A DNA stretch of 43,356 nucleotides. Source: Pelomyxa schiedti (lineage: Eukaryota > Protista > Evosea). The notes beneath the pieces are model-generated. The model was not told the origin of the DNA. It did no database searches and worked only from the letters and a program-made list of their open reading frames with translations. Both the position numbers and the translations under genes were made by a program. Shown one piece after another: positions 30,034 to 41,201 of this stretch (within the stretch, counting starts at the first letter, position 1; each line of letters starts with the position of its first letter). The stretch covers positions 1 through 43,356 of the forward strand of contig JAHLWZ010000628.1 of assembly GCA_020536535.1 (NCBI GenBank). The letters are read 5' to 3'.

Positions 30034-30189
30034 GGCCGACGTTGGCGGCGGGGTGGTCCGTGCGTACGGGGGCCCCCCAATCAGGCAATCCTGCAACGTA
30101 GTGCACCCCCTGTCGAAATCCCCAACTACAACAATGTGCCTCATCGTGGCAGCACCGCCTTCGAGCTCGCATGTCACGAACTTCTCCAT
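24881..30189 (-). CDS. Chimeric eEF2-like pseudo-GTPase with a VIT + vWA module (VWA5A/PARP4-type) inserted in the G domain; multi-exon
   Basis: Degenerate G1 (RHIVVVGDFDRGCTTLQDCLI), then VIT (CDVEVEQEYVN..PVEGFVTF; KYDDSIASG), vWA (EFIFLVDCSGSMSG; IFSFGIG) and SKYTSFVAV. An in-frame splice (intron 27603-27651) leads to eEF2 segments: AGEMRYTDTRQDEQL|RGITI, IDGCLLV, KPLLCVNKLD, GNVLFSCGLQNWGFTL, KLWG, IPSPVEAQKYR, GKSPNRHN, FHSDSIHR|GMGQ, AEP, WEPVPG...LRGMKPLP*. Confidence 0.8.
29993..30031. repeat. (GAC)13 trinucleotide microsatellite encoding poly-Ser on the minus strand
   Basis: Perfect GAC run at 29993-30031, in the linker between the degenerate G1 motif and the VIT domain. Confidence 0.95.
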
Positions 30190-30453
30190 CGTGAACGAGA
30201 CGCGATTTTTATTTCTTTGACTTGTTTTCGGCAAACATCAGCGATACGCACCATCACACCGGTTCAGGAGCCATTCCAGGAATCGTTCCTGCACCGGATT
30301 TGAGGGAGAACGGACCCAAGAAAAAAGGTACGAAGAGAGTGTGATGAAACGAAACTGTTCTGACGGCGGAACGAAGACAGGAAAGGGTGAAAGTGTAGTT
30401 TGGGGTTGTCTGGTTTAGGGAACACACCCAAAGTGCGGGGATTTAGTTTAGTT

Positions 30454-32946
30454 CTAGGGGAATGAGAACTGTGCCGGGGATGGTGGTGCGAAACGGAAGG
30501 GAATTTGTGTGGTGGTGGTTGGTGTTGGGTCCACAGCTTGCTCCTCTGATGCCGGAAGGAAGAAGTTGTCCATAAGGCTCCGTGCTTTCTCAGCAACAAA
30601 CTCAGACGGGTGCTTCAGAAAAAGTTAGAAAGTGGCACACCAGATTTAATAGATACCGAGCCAAGGATGTGCTCTAGTTTTTCGGGTACATCAGCATCCT
30701 ATGGGGGGTAAGAGGTAACTTGGGTACAAGTATACACTATTTAACACCTCAAGCTTGACAATGAGCGGGTTCGGTTTTTCGCCTTCGCCTGTTTGAAGAA
30801 TGGCTTTAAGTGAATCGAGAATTGCAGCAACTAGCTTGATGTCGTTAGCGTCTAATAGCTGAGCCATATTCGCTGACTAGGAGTAAGCTAAGTGCTAAAC
30901 CACAAAAGCGGATACCTAGAATATTGCATCTCAGCAGTATGGCAACTTGCTCGGGAGAACTTGATGTTATAGCATTGCATATTGCCCAGCAGCATTCTTT
31001 CTTTATTTCGAAGTCTTTCACATTATTAGTATGGGAAGTACTAAGCACTCCGCCTACCTGCAGTCGTAAACTTGTCACACAATGCAGCAATGGCGCCGTG
31101 TTTAAAAAGTTCTGCGAGTTGACCCCTATTTCTTTGAGAAGTTTTCCAGGAAATTACTACATACGACGTGCCAGCACAAATATTACTCAAAGCCCAGCAA
31201 GCCTCTTTTTGCTGAAATTTTTTTTCACTTTCCAACAGGCCCATGAAAAGTTTAATTGCACCTGCTTCAATAGCTGCATTTGTCTGTGCGTGATTCCCAC
31301 TTACAGCCTACAGAAGGTGAAAAAAGAAAAGGAAAAGACAAGTGACATTTCCAAAAATCCTAATGAGAATAAGTTGGAAACATTAGAATAGAATAAAGCT
31401 CACCTAAAAGCCGGTATTTGCAAATTGATTTTCCCGGTGCGTGCGAAGTTGGCAACATGCGGGAAAACGCCAGCTTTAATTACGGAATCTAACTACATAA
31501 ATTAGGAGGATATTGCAAATGTCAGGCAAGTACAAATTCTTCCCCACAGTCAGAACAATAGACTGTACACCTGTGTTACCCAGGGTAAGAGACGGAAAAG
31601 AGCAGTAATAATAATAAAAAAAGTATCAACGTGCCAAAGTGCATCTACTTGTACATCGGGATCTGGGTACTAGTCTCGGTCAATGTAGAATATATTATTA
31701 ATAAAGAGTTAAAATTTTCTTCAGATAAGACTCACCACAAGCAATGACGGTAAAAGGGCAATGGCACCCTTTACCATATCGAATTCTGGTGCTTTTTGTT
31801 TTGTTTACTGATGCAAACAATTGAGTGGTAACAAACCAGGATTCTTGTGTCGGAAGATGTTTGATAGAGTCCTAATGAATACGATTAACAAAATAAATGG
31901 GATAAAAAAGACAACCAAGTAGAGTTCTTAATAAGGATAGGCAAATTGATGTCAACTGTTAGCTGGAAAATTAGGAATAAGAAAAAGAAAAAAAAGAGTG
32001 AGAAGAAAGGGGAATTAAAGAAAAAAAAAAATACAATTCTCAACAAAGGTTGCATAATTCCCATGTACACAACAGCATTTCTATGCTCGTTGTTATCACC
32101 TGCAATATTGCCTAAAGCCCATATAGTCTGTAAGGGAAAGCCCATCAGTTTGGCAAAAACGCTCAATTTATAGACCTGGACACGCAAATCTGGACCTCCC
32201 ATTGACAAAGAACTGATTAGCACAGGAAGTGCCCCACTTTTGATTACTTCCTCTATGTTGGCTGAAGTGCCACTTGCAACTTGCTTGCTTTTGAGCAAAG
32301 ACGGTAATAATAAGTCAATTACCATTAGTAAGAATCCAAGCCGCTGAAAAAGGTAAATACATCATAAGAAAGAAGGAACACAGAAAGCAGAGTTACCTTC
32401 TAACTGCAATTTAGGGTGATCCATCTAAAAAAAAAAAAAATGAATATAATCTTTACAGTTAAGCCCAAGAACCATAGTTAAAAATTTGGTAATGGTGGGT
32501 AGTATCCCGGTAGCAATAAGTTCATCAATTGGAGCATTTGATTCTTAACAACACATAGTTATGAAGTTGCATTGTGAAGGGAAGAGCTATACCAACTGAC
32601 AGTACTTTACGGATTTCAGTGGCCCCAAGGAGACACATTTCATAATTGGGGCTCCTGCAAGCATTAGCCATCTCTTTTATGCTCTTTCGAAGATGAGACT
32701 CCATGGAAAACCCGGCCAAAAAAAGAAGAAAAGAATTACAGAGAAGGCAGCAGGGGCCGACGAACGTGCAACGATGTTTCTCCTCTTGTTTACCGTCTCC
32801 TCTCGCTTGTTTTTCCGTACTGTGACGACAAACTCCTCCCGCTTCTTCCTGACATCATCGGGATCTACGCCGTGTGCCTTTACAGCATCTCTGTGTGTTG
32901 AAGATGTCGTCTGTGTTCCCTCCGTAGGTGTTGCCGAGGCGCTCAT
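30454..32946 (-). CDS. KPNA: Importin subunit alpha (karyopherin alpha), multi-exon
   Basis: IBB domain DDVRKKREEFVVTVRKNKREETVNKRRN; ARM repeats with IRKVLS, LQLEAAW, VASGTS, IWALGNIAGD, KEACWALSNICAG, KKECCWAICN; C-terminal ...QFSFP* ends at 30454. Confidence 0.95.
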
Positions 32947-33154
32947 CAGATCTCGCAGTACTTCAAGTTTTGTTTATTCTTTGGAGATCTAATTTGGCAT
33001 TAGCACCTAAAACAGGATCATCTCTGGTGGCAAGTGCGCCGGGGTTTTATGCACTCTTGTATGTCAAACCAGTACCAAGAGTCTGAGCTCTTAAGCAGGA
33101 ATTCGGTACTTCTTCTAATCTCCCGCTAAAAGACACCAATTTTGTGCCGACAAC

Positions 33155-33250
33155 AATTGGCTGAATAAAATAATCAACAGACCGGAACGCTGTCGTTTTC
33201 GTGTCATCGCCCAGTCTCGGCGGTCTGGTGTTTTTTTATTTCAGCCAATT
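33155..33250. promoter_or_regulatory. Imperfect hairpin of about 96 nt in the divergent intergenic region, with CCAAT boxes facing both directions
   Basis: aattggctgaataaaataatcaacagacc (33155-33183) pairs imperfectly with ggtctggtgtttttttatttcagccaatt (33222-33250). ATTGG and CCAAT lie at the outer ends. The element sits between importin-alpha (-) and the 33362 gene (+). Confidence 0.55.
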
Positions 33251-33361
33251 TATTCCACTTTTCCTGCAACGAAATTTTCGTCTTCGACACTAACCGCACC
33301 GTGTATTGCACTTCGACGCGTCGTCAACGTCAACGTGAACGTGGCTACACCTCCCACAATT

Positions 33362-36300
33362 ATGAACAACAAGGCGACGGGCAGCGGATTTGCTGCCCCC
33401 GTACCTGATCCCCAGAGCCGGGCGCCTCCCCCAGCGGCATCTGACCCCGGCGTATCTCGCGGCCCTCCTATGACCTCAGCCGCGTGCTCCTACGACCGAG
33501 TCCAGGCCGCGGCGCAAGGCCCTGGTCACGTCTGGGGCCCGGTACACCCGTGGGACACATCGTCATCGGGCCCCAAGTCGAAGCCAAAGTCAAACGGGGC
33601 TGCCTTATTCCTACCTTCGGGAATGTGGGACATGGAAGGAGTCGGAGGCGGCGGGGATTACGAGAACGAGGGCGTGGGCGTGGGCGTGGACGCGTACGCC
33701 GAGGCGGACGACGAGGGCCCCGACGAGAACATTCCCAGATGCGGAGGCGAGAGCGCCAACATGGGCGAGCCGAAGCGGCTCTCCCCGAAGAAACCAGCCC
33801 CGCGCGGATTTGGGCTGGGGATGGGATTCGGGCTGGGGTGGGCTGAGGGGACTGGCACAGGGAGCGGGAGCGGGGACGAGGGCGACGACGGGGGGAACGT
33901 GATGATGGAGGGCCTGGTCAGCGGGATCCTGGGCGAGACCGACGACTCCGGGGCCTCCGAGTCGCAGGGCGGCAGCTCGGGGGGCAGCGGCGGGGGCACC
34001 CACGTGTCGGAGGGGCTGGGCGTGGTCATAGCCTCGGCCGGGGGCGGGGCGCCGGAGGAAATCGGGGATTATTTCGGGGTGCCCGCCGAGCCCCCGCAGT
34101 GTGGCTTCCACTGTGGGTGGAACGAGTCCTGCGAGGCGAGTTCTCCCGAGGGAATGTTTCTGGCACCTTCGCACCTTGTGGGTTCTGATTCTGCTGTGGA
34201 TGACAAGGGGTACACTTCCAAGTGTTGCCAGCCTGCCGAGCACTGGGTAACCCTCACCTCTTTTTTTTTTCCCCCTAATCTCCATTTGTACACTTTCAAA
34301 TACCTATTCTTTATTTTCCTTTGTGTTCCTGAGAACATTGTTTGACATAAACTTCTTCTTAGATACATCCAAATGGACATGAAAGCCCTAGTGCCATGGC
34401 CAATAGCAGTATTAATCATCCGGCAAACCAAACTTCTAATTTCAAACCTCCCAAACTTCAAAATGCTCCACCAGTACTCTTGTACAGAAAAAGTACGGAA
34501 TACCCAACCAAACAAGCAAACTTTTGTACAGCACCACCACTCAATATGGCACACACTACTTCGCAAAAATTGAAGTCTAAATGCCTTGACTACGCACACC
34601 CAAGTCCCCCTGCACTACTTTCAAAATCAGTAACAGCCAAAGATAGTTGCCTATCCCCGGTACTCAAATAATGCCAATAAAGTAATCAAATAACACAGTT
34701 AATTACCTAACAATGAGGTCTCGAAAAACTGACTAGATTTCTAATAAATGATTATAATTTGCTGCAGAGAAACCAAAGAGGATGGGAGAATATTACACCT
34801 CCGAAATCTGGTAATAAAAATGGGGCACATTTTCAGTCTCCACCTAGATTCCGTCCCTTTCCTGGTTGCTCTCAGGGAGCTCCATTAGGTTGAGTTTAAC
34901 CATCATTCTTCCTCTTACCCCTGTAGGCATACCAAGATTCAGCACTGCCTATGAAGGTCAAACCTACTACACAGGTACTGGGTACACCAAGCCACTTGGG
35001 TATTCCTTACAAGAAGCATCAAGTCTCCCAAAATCACCTCATCCAAACTTTGCTTCTCAGACCTACAATTACAGCCGATTTCAGCAATCATATCCCCTGC
35101 ACTTTCCCAATGTCCCAACCCACTACAACGAGCCTGTCGGGACGAACTATCGCCATCGCTCTCACAGTCACGAAAACTTGTACTTCACAGTGAGGTACCC
35201 CAACTACCACAATCCTAGACCGTCATCGTCTCCTTCAGTTCCGTCGTCACCAAAATCGTCTTCTACACCTTCCACACCGCGCCTATCTTCACCTCAACTT
35301 CCCCCTGTTCGCTCTTCCTCACTTCCATGTACCCCTCCCTCATCACCCTTGTACATAGCTGAAGAAGTACCCCGATACAAGAACAAGAAGTTTTCACACC
35401 TGGATCCAAAAAAGGCAAAGTCACGCAAAACAACAACTACTACAACAACCCATACAACAACTCGTACAACAACACATACCACAACGAAAACAAAAACTAC
35501 AACCAAAACCAAAACAAAAACTTCGTCCACACCTGCAGCAAAACTACGTAGTACAACTCATGAGTCTGAAAGTAGCTGTGAAATTGCTAGTTCAAGTGAA
35601 GAACTCAGTAGTGATAATGAGACGTCTGAAGAAGGTTCAGAGCTTGATCTAGAAGAGGTGACCAGTGAAAATGGTGATACGGAACAAGAAAAATCTTCTG
35701 ACGCTGGTGAGGAAAACACAGATAATCCAACACGCGAGAGGGGGAATGAACAGATAAAAAAGGGGGAGCTGTCATTACTAGCTTCAAGACAAAAGTGCAA
35801 CAATCCAATAACCGCGACATCCACCAAGTCGGAGCCAAGTTTCCAAAAGAAGCCAGCAGTTACAAACAAGAAGGCTTGCACCTCTTCCACTCTACCACTT
35901 GTCCAGTCTACTTCTCAGCCATCCCCAAAAGTCAAATCTAAACCCAGAGAAATGACATCCAAGTGCTGCAGGCAGCACGTTGTGCGCATTGTTGTGCTAT
36001 GCAGCGTTGTAACAGTTGTCACCTTTGTGACCCTCTTTTCCGGCCCCCCGCGCAGCCCACAGCTACTTGAACCCCATTCACCACCTGTAAGGATAGTGTC
36101 AGCACATCATCCCCCAGTAGTTCACTCCCCCAATGCATTCATGAAGTATAATCCAGACATTCTCGGCCCAGCGGAAACATCAGAAGAACAAGTTGAAGCC
36201 CTTGTGCAGCGGGCCGCAGCTGCCCTTTCTGATTTCAAGCTTCTTCCAACATCAGCAGAAAATTTCCCACCACCTCCGCTTCCTATGGGTTCCCCTGATG

Positions 36301-36497
36301 AACTGCATGACCACATACAGTCTGCATCTCTGACCAAAGTCACAGCAGTAACATGTGTCTGTGTTGTGATGTGTGTATTGATGTTCCTCCAGTCATACAA
36401 CCTCATCCGCGGATGTTTGTATCCGAAGGCCGCGCACCCACAAGTCACAATGACAACCAAGTCCCACCCTCATAGACGAACAGCGATTAGAGCATAA
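33362..36497 (+). CDS. Uncharacterised low-complexity (Gly/Ser/Thr/Pro-rich) protein with 1-2 C-terminal transmembrane segments; multi-exon
   Basis: Long GC-rich first exon (ORF 33335-34345) splices in frame at HW|IHPNG. The terminal 543-codon ORF has hydrophobic stretches IVVLCSVVTVVTFVTLF and VTCVCVVMCVLMFL. No family recognised. Confidence 0.6.
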
Positions 36498-36751
36498 TCC
36501 CCATCCCAGAGTCTGGCAACTGCTCATTTTCCGATACCAATCCCATTTCAGGCACAGCATATATATTCACTAGTCCCCATTGAACTGGCCTATTGTAAGC
36601 CTCCTTTGTAACCTAAGAAGAAATACATGTAATACCCCAATGTCCTTGTGCTGTTCAATCTGATGAAACAAAAAAAAAACCCAAAAACACACAAATCCCT
36701 GATCAACATCGAAAAGGGAGTTCAGAAAAGTTTAAAAAAAAGTGGGTGGTG

Positions 36752-37803
36752 ATGGGTAACTGCTGGTACGGAACGGCCAACGAGGCATCGGCGCACCCTA
36801 CGGCAACTAGTAGTGTCCATCTATATCTCCGTGTTTTCTTTCCACTCAGTTGGCTTGTTTTTTTGCTTTTGGTTTTTTGTTTTTTTTCTTTTTTGTCGCC
36901 AGTCGCCGTGGATCAGCAGCAAAATAGAGAAGAGAATGCACTCAAGTTGGTGCTTTTGGGTGACAAGCATACTGGGAAAACGACGTTAGTCTTGCGATTG
37001 ATAAAAAACGTGTTCGAGTCTACCGTCACGACTGTTGGGTGTGCTTTTGCCTGTTAATCTCAAGATTACCTGTAGTTTTGAGTAATTTTGGTTTTTTTAC
37101 TTCCTCCTACCTACAGAGTTTCTTTTCAGACTCACAAAATGGTTGTGGATGGTCACAATGTAACTTTACATGTACTGTCCTATTCTGGTTGGTGGCTCCA
37201 GTAAGTTTTCTAACAGAGATAGATATGGGATACTGCTGGTGAAGGTGGCTATGACATGTTCCCTTTTTCCCCCCCATTTCCGAGGAACTCACTCAGAAAC
37301 AGAGAAATTCCACAGCCTCACGGCTATGTACTATAGAGGTGAGGTTTTACTACATCTAACTTTCACTAAACTTCTACGAAGGTGCTTCTGCTGCACTAGT
37401 TTGTGAGTAACCAACATAAATATTGATTGATTAATTATTGCCACTTATGTCACTTGGGTGCAGTGTATGACGTTTCCTCGAAGGTTTCTTCTTTTAGTGC
37501 TTTTATCCTGTCATTGATCATTTTGCTCCACAACAGGGATCATTCGATGCCATGCAAAGATGGGTGGATGAAATTCAACAGCATGCTCCTGGTGTAGTGA
37601 TAGCTCTTGTTGGGAACAAAATAGACCTGGAACGAACTGTGACACCAGAAGAAGCGCAGCAGTACGTTGAACAATTGCGCAGTACAGGAATAGACCCCCT
37701 GTATACTGAGATCAGTGCTCTTACTGGAGAGAACGTGCTCCCCCTATTTACTTCTGTATGTAGATATCTGTTAGCAAAGGCAAATACTGGTAAAAAGATG
37801 TAA
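36752..37803 (+). CDS. Rab5/Rab20-group small GTPase with an N-terminal MGNC acylation motif and no C-terminal prenylation cysteines; multi-exon
   Basis: KLVLLGDKHTGKT, STVTTVG, IWDTAGE|EKFHSLTAMYYR|GA, VYDVS, IALVGNKIDL, EISALTG; ends NTGKKM*. Confidence 0.88.
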
Positions 37804-37842
37804 TGTAAAAACAAAACATTTTGATATGTAATTATTCAACAA

Positions 37843-40094
37843 CTATGGTGTATTTTTGCGTGATTTCTTGGTTTTAGAGGGTTTTCGTTGGGCTAGAGGC
37901 TGGAAATTAGGGTTCAGTTCTGCTTCCCCACTAAGTACAAAAATTTTGATTAGTTGGGGGTGGCGTTTGGGAGTGAGTAACACCTTGTTATTTGTTCCTG
38001 CTTCCACAGTTTTATTCTCTCTAACTTTTGTTGCTCCAGTTTGGCCAAATCCGGGGGTTCTTCATCCTTCTGTTCTCGCTTTACTTTATCCTGTACGGTT
38101 TTCCATTTGTTCATGAGCGCTGTCTGTGGGGGGTTAGAGAGAAGATTAATGCGGCAGAATAACCATTGCTTTTTCAGGTTTGGTAGAGGTTGATACAAGA
38201 GGGGTTCGCAGCTTAGTAGGAGGCAGTAATGTAGTAATTGGTTGTTGAACTGGAGGTGATGGTTTTAACGCCGCTGTTACATTGGCAAGTCTGTCAGGAT
38301 GAACCTGACCAATACCTATTTTATATTAGCTCACAAGTCATAGAAAGAGCTCGCCAATACAAACTGAAAGACTACTCTATTGAATGTACCAAACACCACT
38401 GTTGCACACAAAAAAAAGAGTTACCCATAGGAACAACTTCTTCAGGTAATTGCTCGGGGTTGTTTTGCGGGACTTGCTTGTCTGGTAGAGAGTTACTTTC
38501 CATGTGGTAGTAATCATTGACACACCTAAATCAGCTACCTGTCTCCCATGGGCACAGTTTTCCTTAGAATTAGGTTTGCAGGAGAGGGCAGCGTCCAAAG
38601 AGGTATCCACCCTATCTGAATCAAATTGTTCCCCAGTCAGACCCATACTTCCAATGGTTCCCTCCCCTACTATCTCTGTTAATCGGCTGGAGGCTGAAGC
38701 GTTTCTCAAGGATCGGTATAGTTCGATTTTCTCGTTCAGTTGACGGAGTCGAAACAGAAAGAAAGCATCACTGAGGCCGCCATCAGCCCAATCACGGGCA
38801 CGTACAGCCAGCTCCACCCGCATGACCAACAAGTTTAATCGCACAGCACTCAAATTCTTTTCAGAGGTAGAATCATATGAAAGTAATTCAGATGCAGGTG
38901 CATCACGATCACATTCGAGGATGATATCGGTTGGTGATTTCCTGTCCACAGAGAGCAGATCTCTCAAGCTGCGATCAGCTCTGTTGAACAAGAAGGGAAG
39001 GAAGTAATGAGTAAAAGAAAATGGGCACTGTGTATGAGAAGATAAGAATTGCTATACATGTTACACATTTGATCACCATTTACGGTGTTATGGCATGCCC
39101 TTTGAGTTAGGAGAAAGACACACAAAAAATAAAAGAAAAAATTATGCTTATTATGTATCTGGGAAAAAAGGATCTAGTTTTGAACATAGTGTAAATGGTA
39201 GGGGAAGGACTGGTACAAAACCAATAATACCTTTCAGTAAGTTCAGCAATCTCCTTTGTATGGAAAATAGTAGAGTCTGGAAAATCCGGCTAGAAGAATT
39301 TAAGCATGACTACAGTGCATATCTAACATACTGGTGGCGTATTTGTCTCCAGCCTAGGCCTCTTAGCGTGTGGCTGTTGAGGTCGTTGTGCATCTTGCCC
39401 TGTAACCTAAGCGGCCAATTAGTAATTATTGCAACAAGCCAGGGGACTAACCGGAGAGTGATCAGAAAGCTCACATTGTAGAGTAGATAATGGCGGCGTT
39501 GGAGAAGCCGGGGGAGTGGACAAAGTGTGCGGGGAGGGTACTTTATGATGAGAGTTGGTAGTGGGGGTTCCACTTAAATCACGTGCATATGCCTCCAGTA
39601 GCTCAAGGGGATCCGAGGGATTCCCTTCACCATTCGTGCGATTATCTGATTGCAATACATTCTGTTGACTGCTAGCAGAATTTTCTGAGCTTCCTTCTAC
39701 AGTAGCCTTTGGTGGTACATTTGCCGAGGTAGTATTTGTCTCCTCACGTGGGAGTTCCCAAGAAACTGCTCCCGTATGCGTATTCCAGTAGTAGTTGTAT
39801 CCCGTGTTTGGATCACTCAATACTTGCCACACCGCGAGAGAGTTTTGTTGCACTGCTGTAGGGGGTGCATCGAGAGCTACTGAAACATTTTCGCCAGGAG
39901 TTTTGCAGGGAGTCGAAGTTGGGTGAGAATCAGTAATCGTAACACAAAGCCCTTTGGGTGGTTTTGCTGGAGGAAATGTTTAATAACACGTTAGATCTTG
40001 GAAAAAAGAAAGTATTGCCTGTAGGGGCAGCGGTAACGTCTTCAGTCTCAGGTTCATCGTAGGCACCCAACAAACTGTGTAACGCGTTGCTCAT
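37843..40094 (-). CDS. FNBP4: Formin-binding protein 4-like WW-domain protein, multi-exon
   Basis: N-terminal LLGAYDE; WW domain WQVLSDPNTGYNYYWNTHTGAVSWELP; ELAVRARDWADGGL; C-terminal LMNKWK...RIKLWKQEQIT|SGEAELNPNF, typical of FNBP4. Confidence 0.8.
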
Positions 40095-40231
40095 ATCGCC
40101 TGTTTATTTGCGTAATACCAGTAGATCGCGTCTGAGTTTTTTTCGCTTTTCCTCTTTGGCGTGCGATTTCTTTTTCCCTTCTCAAAGACAACAGAGCCGG
40201 GGAAGTCAAGCATTTCAAAACACAATACGAA

Positions 40232-40711
40232 ATGATGCAAGCGGCACTCGGCGTTTCATCCCACAATTCGCAACCGCTTGCACCCCCGGCCCCCATTCCA
40301 TTCGCTGACCACAAGTTGGCGCCACCAACTGGTTTGTCGACTGGACATGGCACTGCACCCCCCTCCTCCGCGCCGACGACGACGTCGTCCACGTCGTCCG
40401 CTTCCTCGACGTCGCTGTCGTCGGCCGCCGCGTCCCTGGCTCCCCTGAGCCCGCCGCACCCGCCGTCCCGCACCCACTCGCAGCCCCGGTCGCTGCAGCC
40501 CCCGCCGCAGCCGCTGGGGCCCGGCCCCGTGGCCCTGCCCATGCCCATGCCAATGGCAATGCCCGCGGCCAAGCCCACACGGCTGCAGCAGGTCTCGTCG
40601 GCCCCGCCGCCGTCGTTCCCTCGCCCCGTCGCCGTGCTCATCGGCGCCCCCGTAGGGCTCGGCCTGCCGCCCTACGCCCCGGGGCCTCTCCCCTTCGGCG
40701 TGCCCTTCCGC
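40232..40711 (+). CDS. 5' fragment of a Pro/Ser-rich protein, truncated by the assembly gap
   Basis: An ATG-initiated GC-rich open frame, divergent from the FNBP4-like gene (137 bp between start codons), with the same first-exon style as other genes here; it runs into the N gap. Confidence 0.6.
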
Positions 40712-40811
40712 NNNNNNNNNNNNNNNNNNNNNNNNNNNNNNNNNNNNNNNNNNNNNNNNNNNNNNNNNNNNNNNNNNNNNNNNNNNNNNNNNNNNNNNNN
40801 NNNNNNNNNNN
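40712..40811. other. Scaffold gap (100 N, placeholder of unknown true length)
   Basis: Run of 100 N. Confidence 0.99.
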
Positions 40812-41085
40812 GCCACGTCGACCGGAACAGGCCGCACAATGATCTCTGCGTTGTATTTGTTGTCTTCGAGTTTCACGCCTTCCATGTTTTCCAGAGTGTG
40901 TTGCAACTCTGTGAGCCACTCCGACGGCCGGAGGCCGTACGTGTCCACGAACACCCTCAACTTTGGTGGGGGAGGAGCAACCGGAGGGTAATCTAAAACA
41001 AAGTCAATGGTCACTACGGAGCAGTTTGGAAACTTTGGTAGTCCCTATTGTATTCACGCGCCTCCGAGTTTGTTGGCCACAACAT
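40812..41085 (-). CDS. TIR-like protein copy B, 5' part
   Basis: Predicted MLWPTNSEA|LTIDFVLDYPPVAPPPPKLRVFVDTYGLRPSEW...; the core is near-identical to copy A at 18487-18732. The first exon is inferred from splice phase. Confidence 0.6.
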
Positions 41086-41201
41086 TCATGACAGTTTTCT
41101 TTGAATCCAGACAACCTCGCCACCAAACTTTCGGTTACAAGTTGGTTTTTTTGTTTCTCTTTTGTCTTTGTTCTTGGTGAGGAAGTGGAAAAAAAAGAAC
41201 T

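Noticed and set aside
40232-41014. ORFs 40232-40996 (+) and 40256-41014 (-) appearing to fuse a Pro-rich protein with the TIR-like gene
   Set aside because: They run through 100 N; the fusion is an artefact of translating across the gap.
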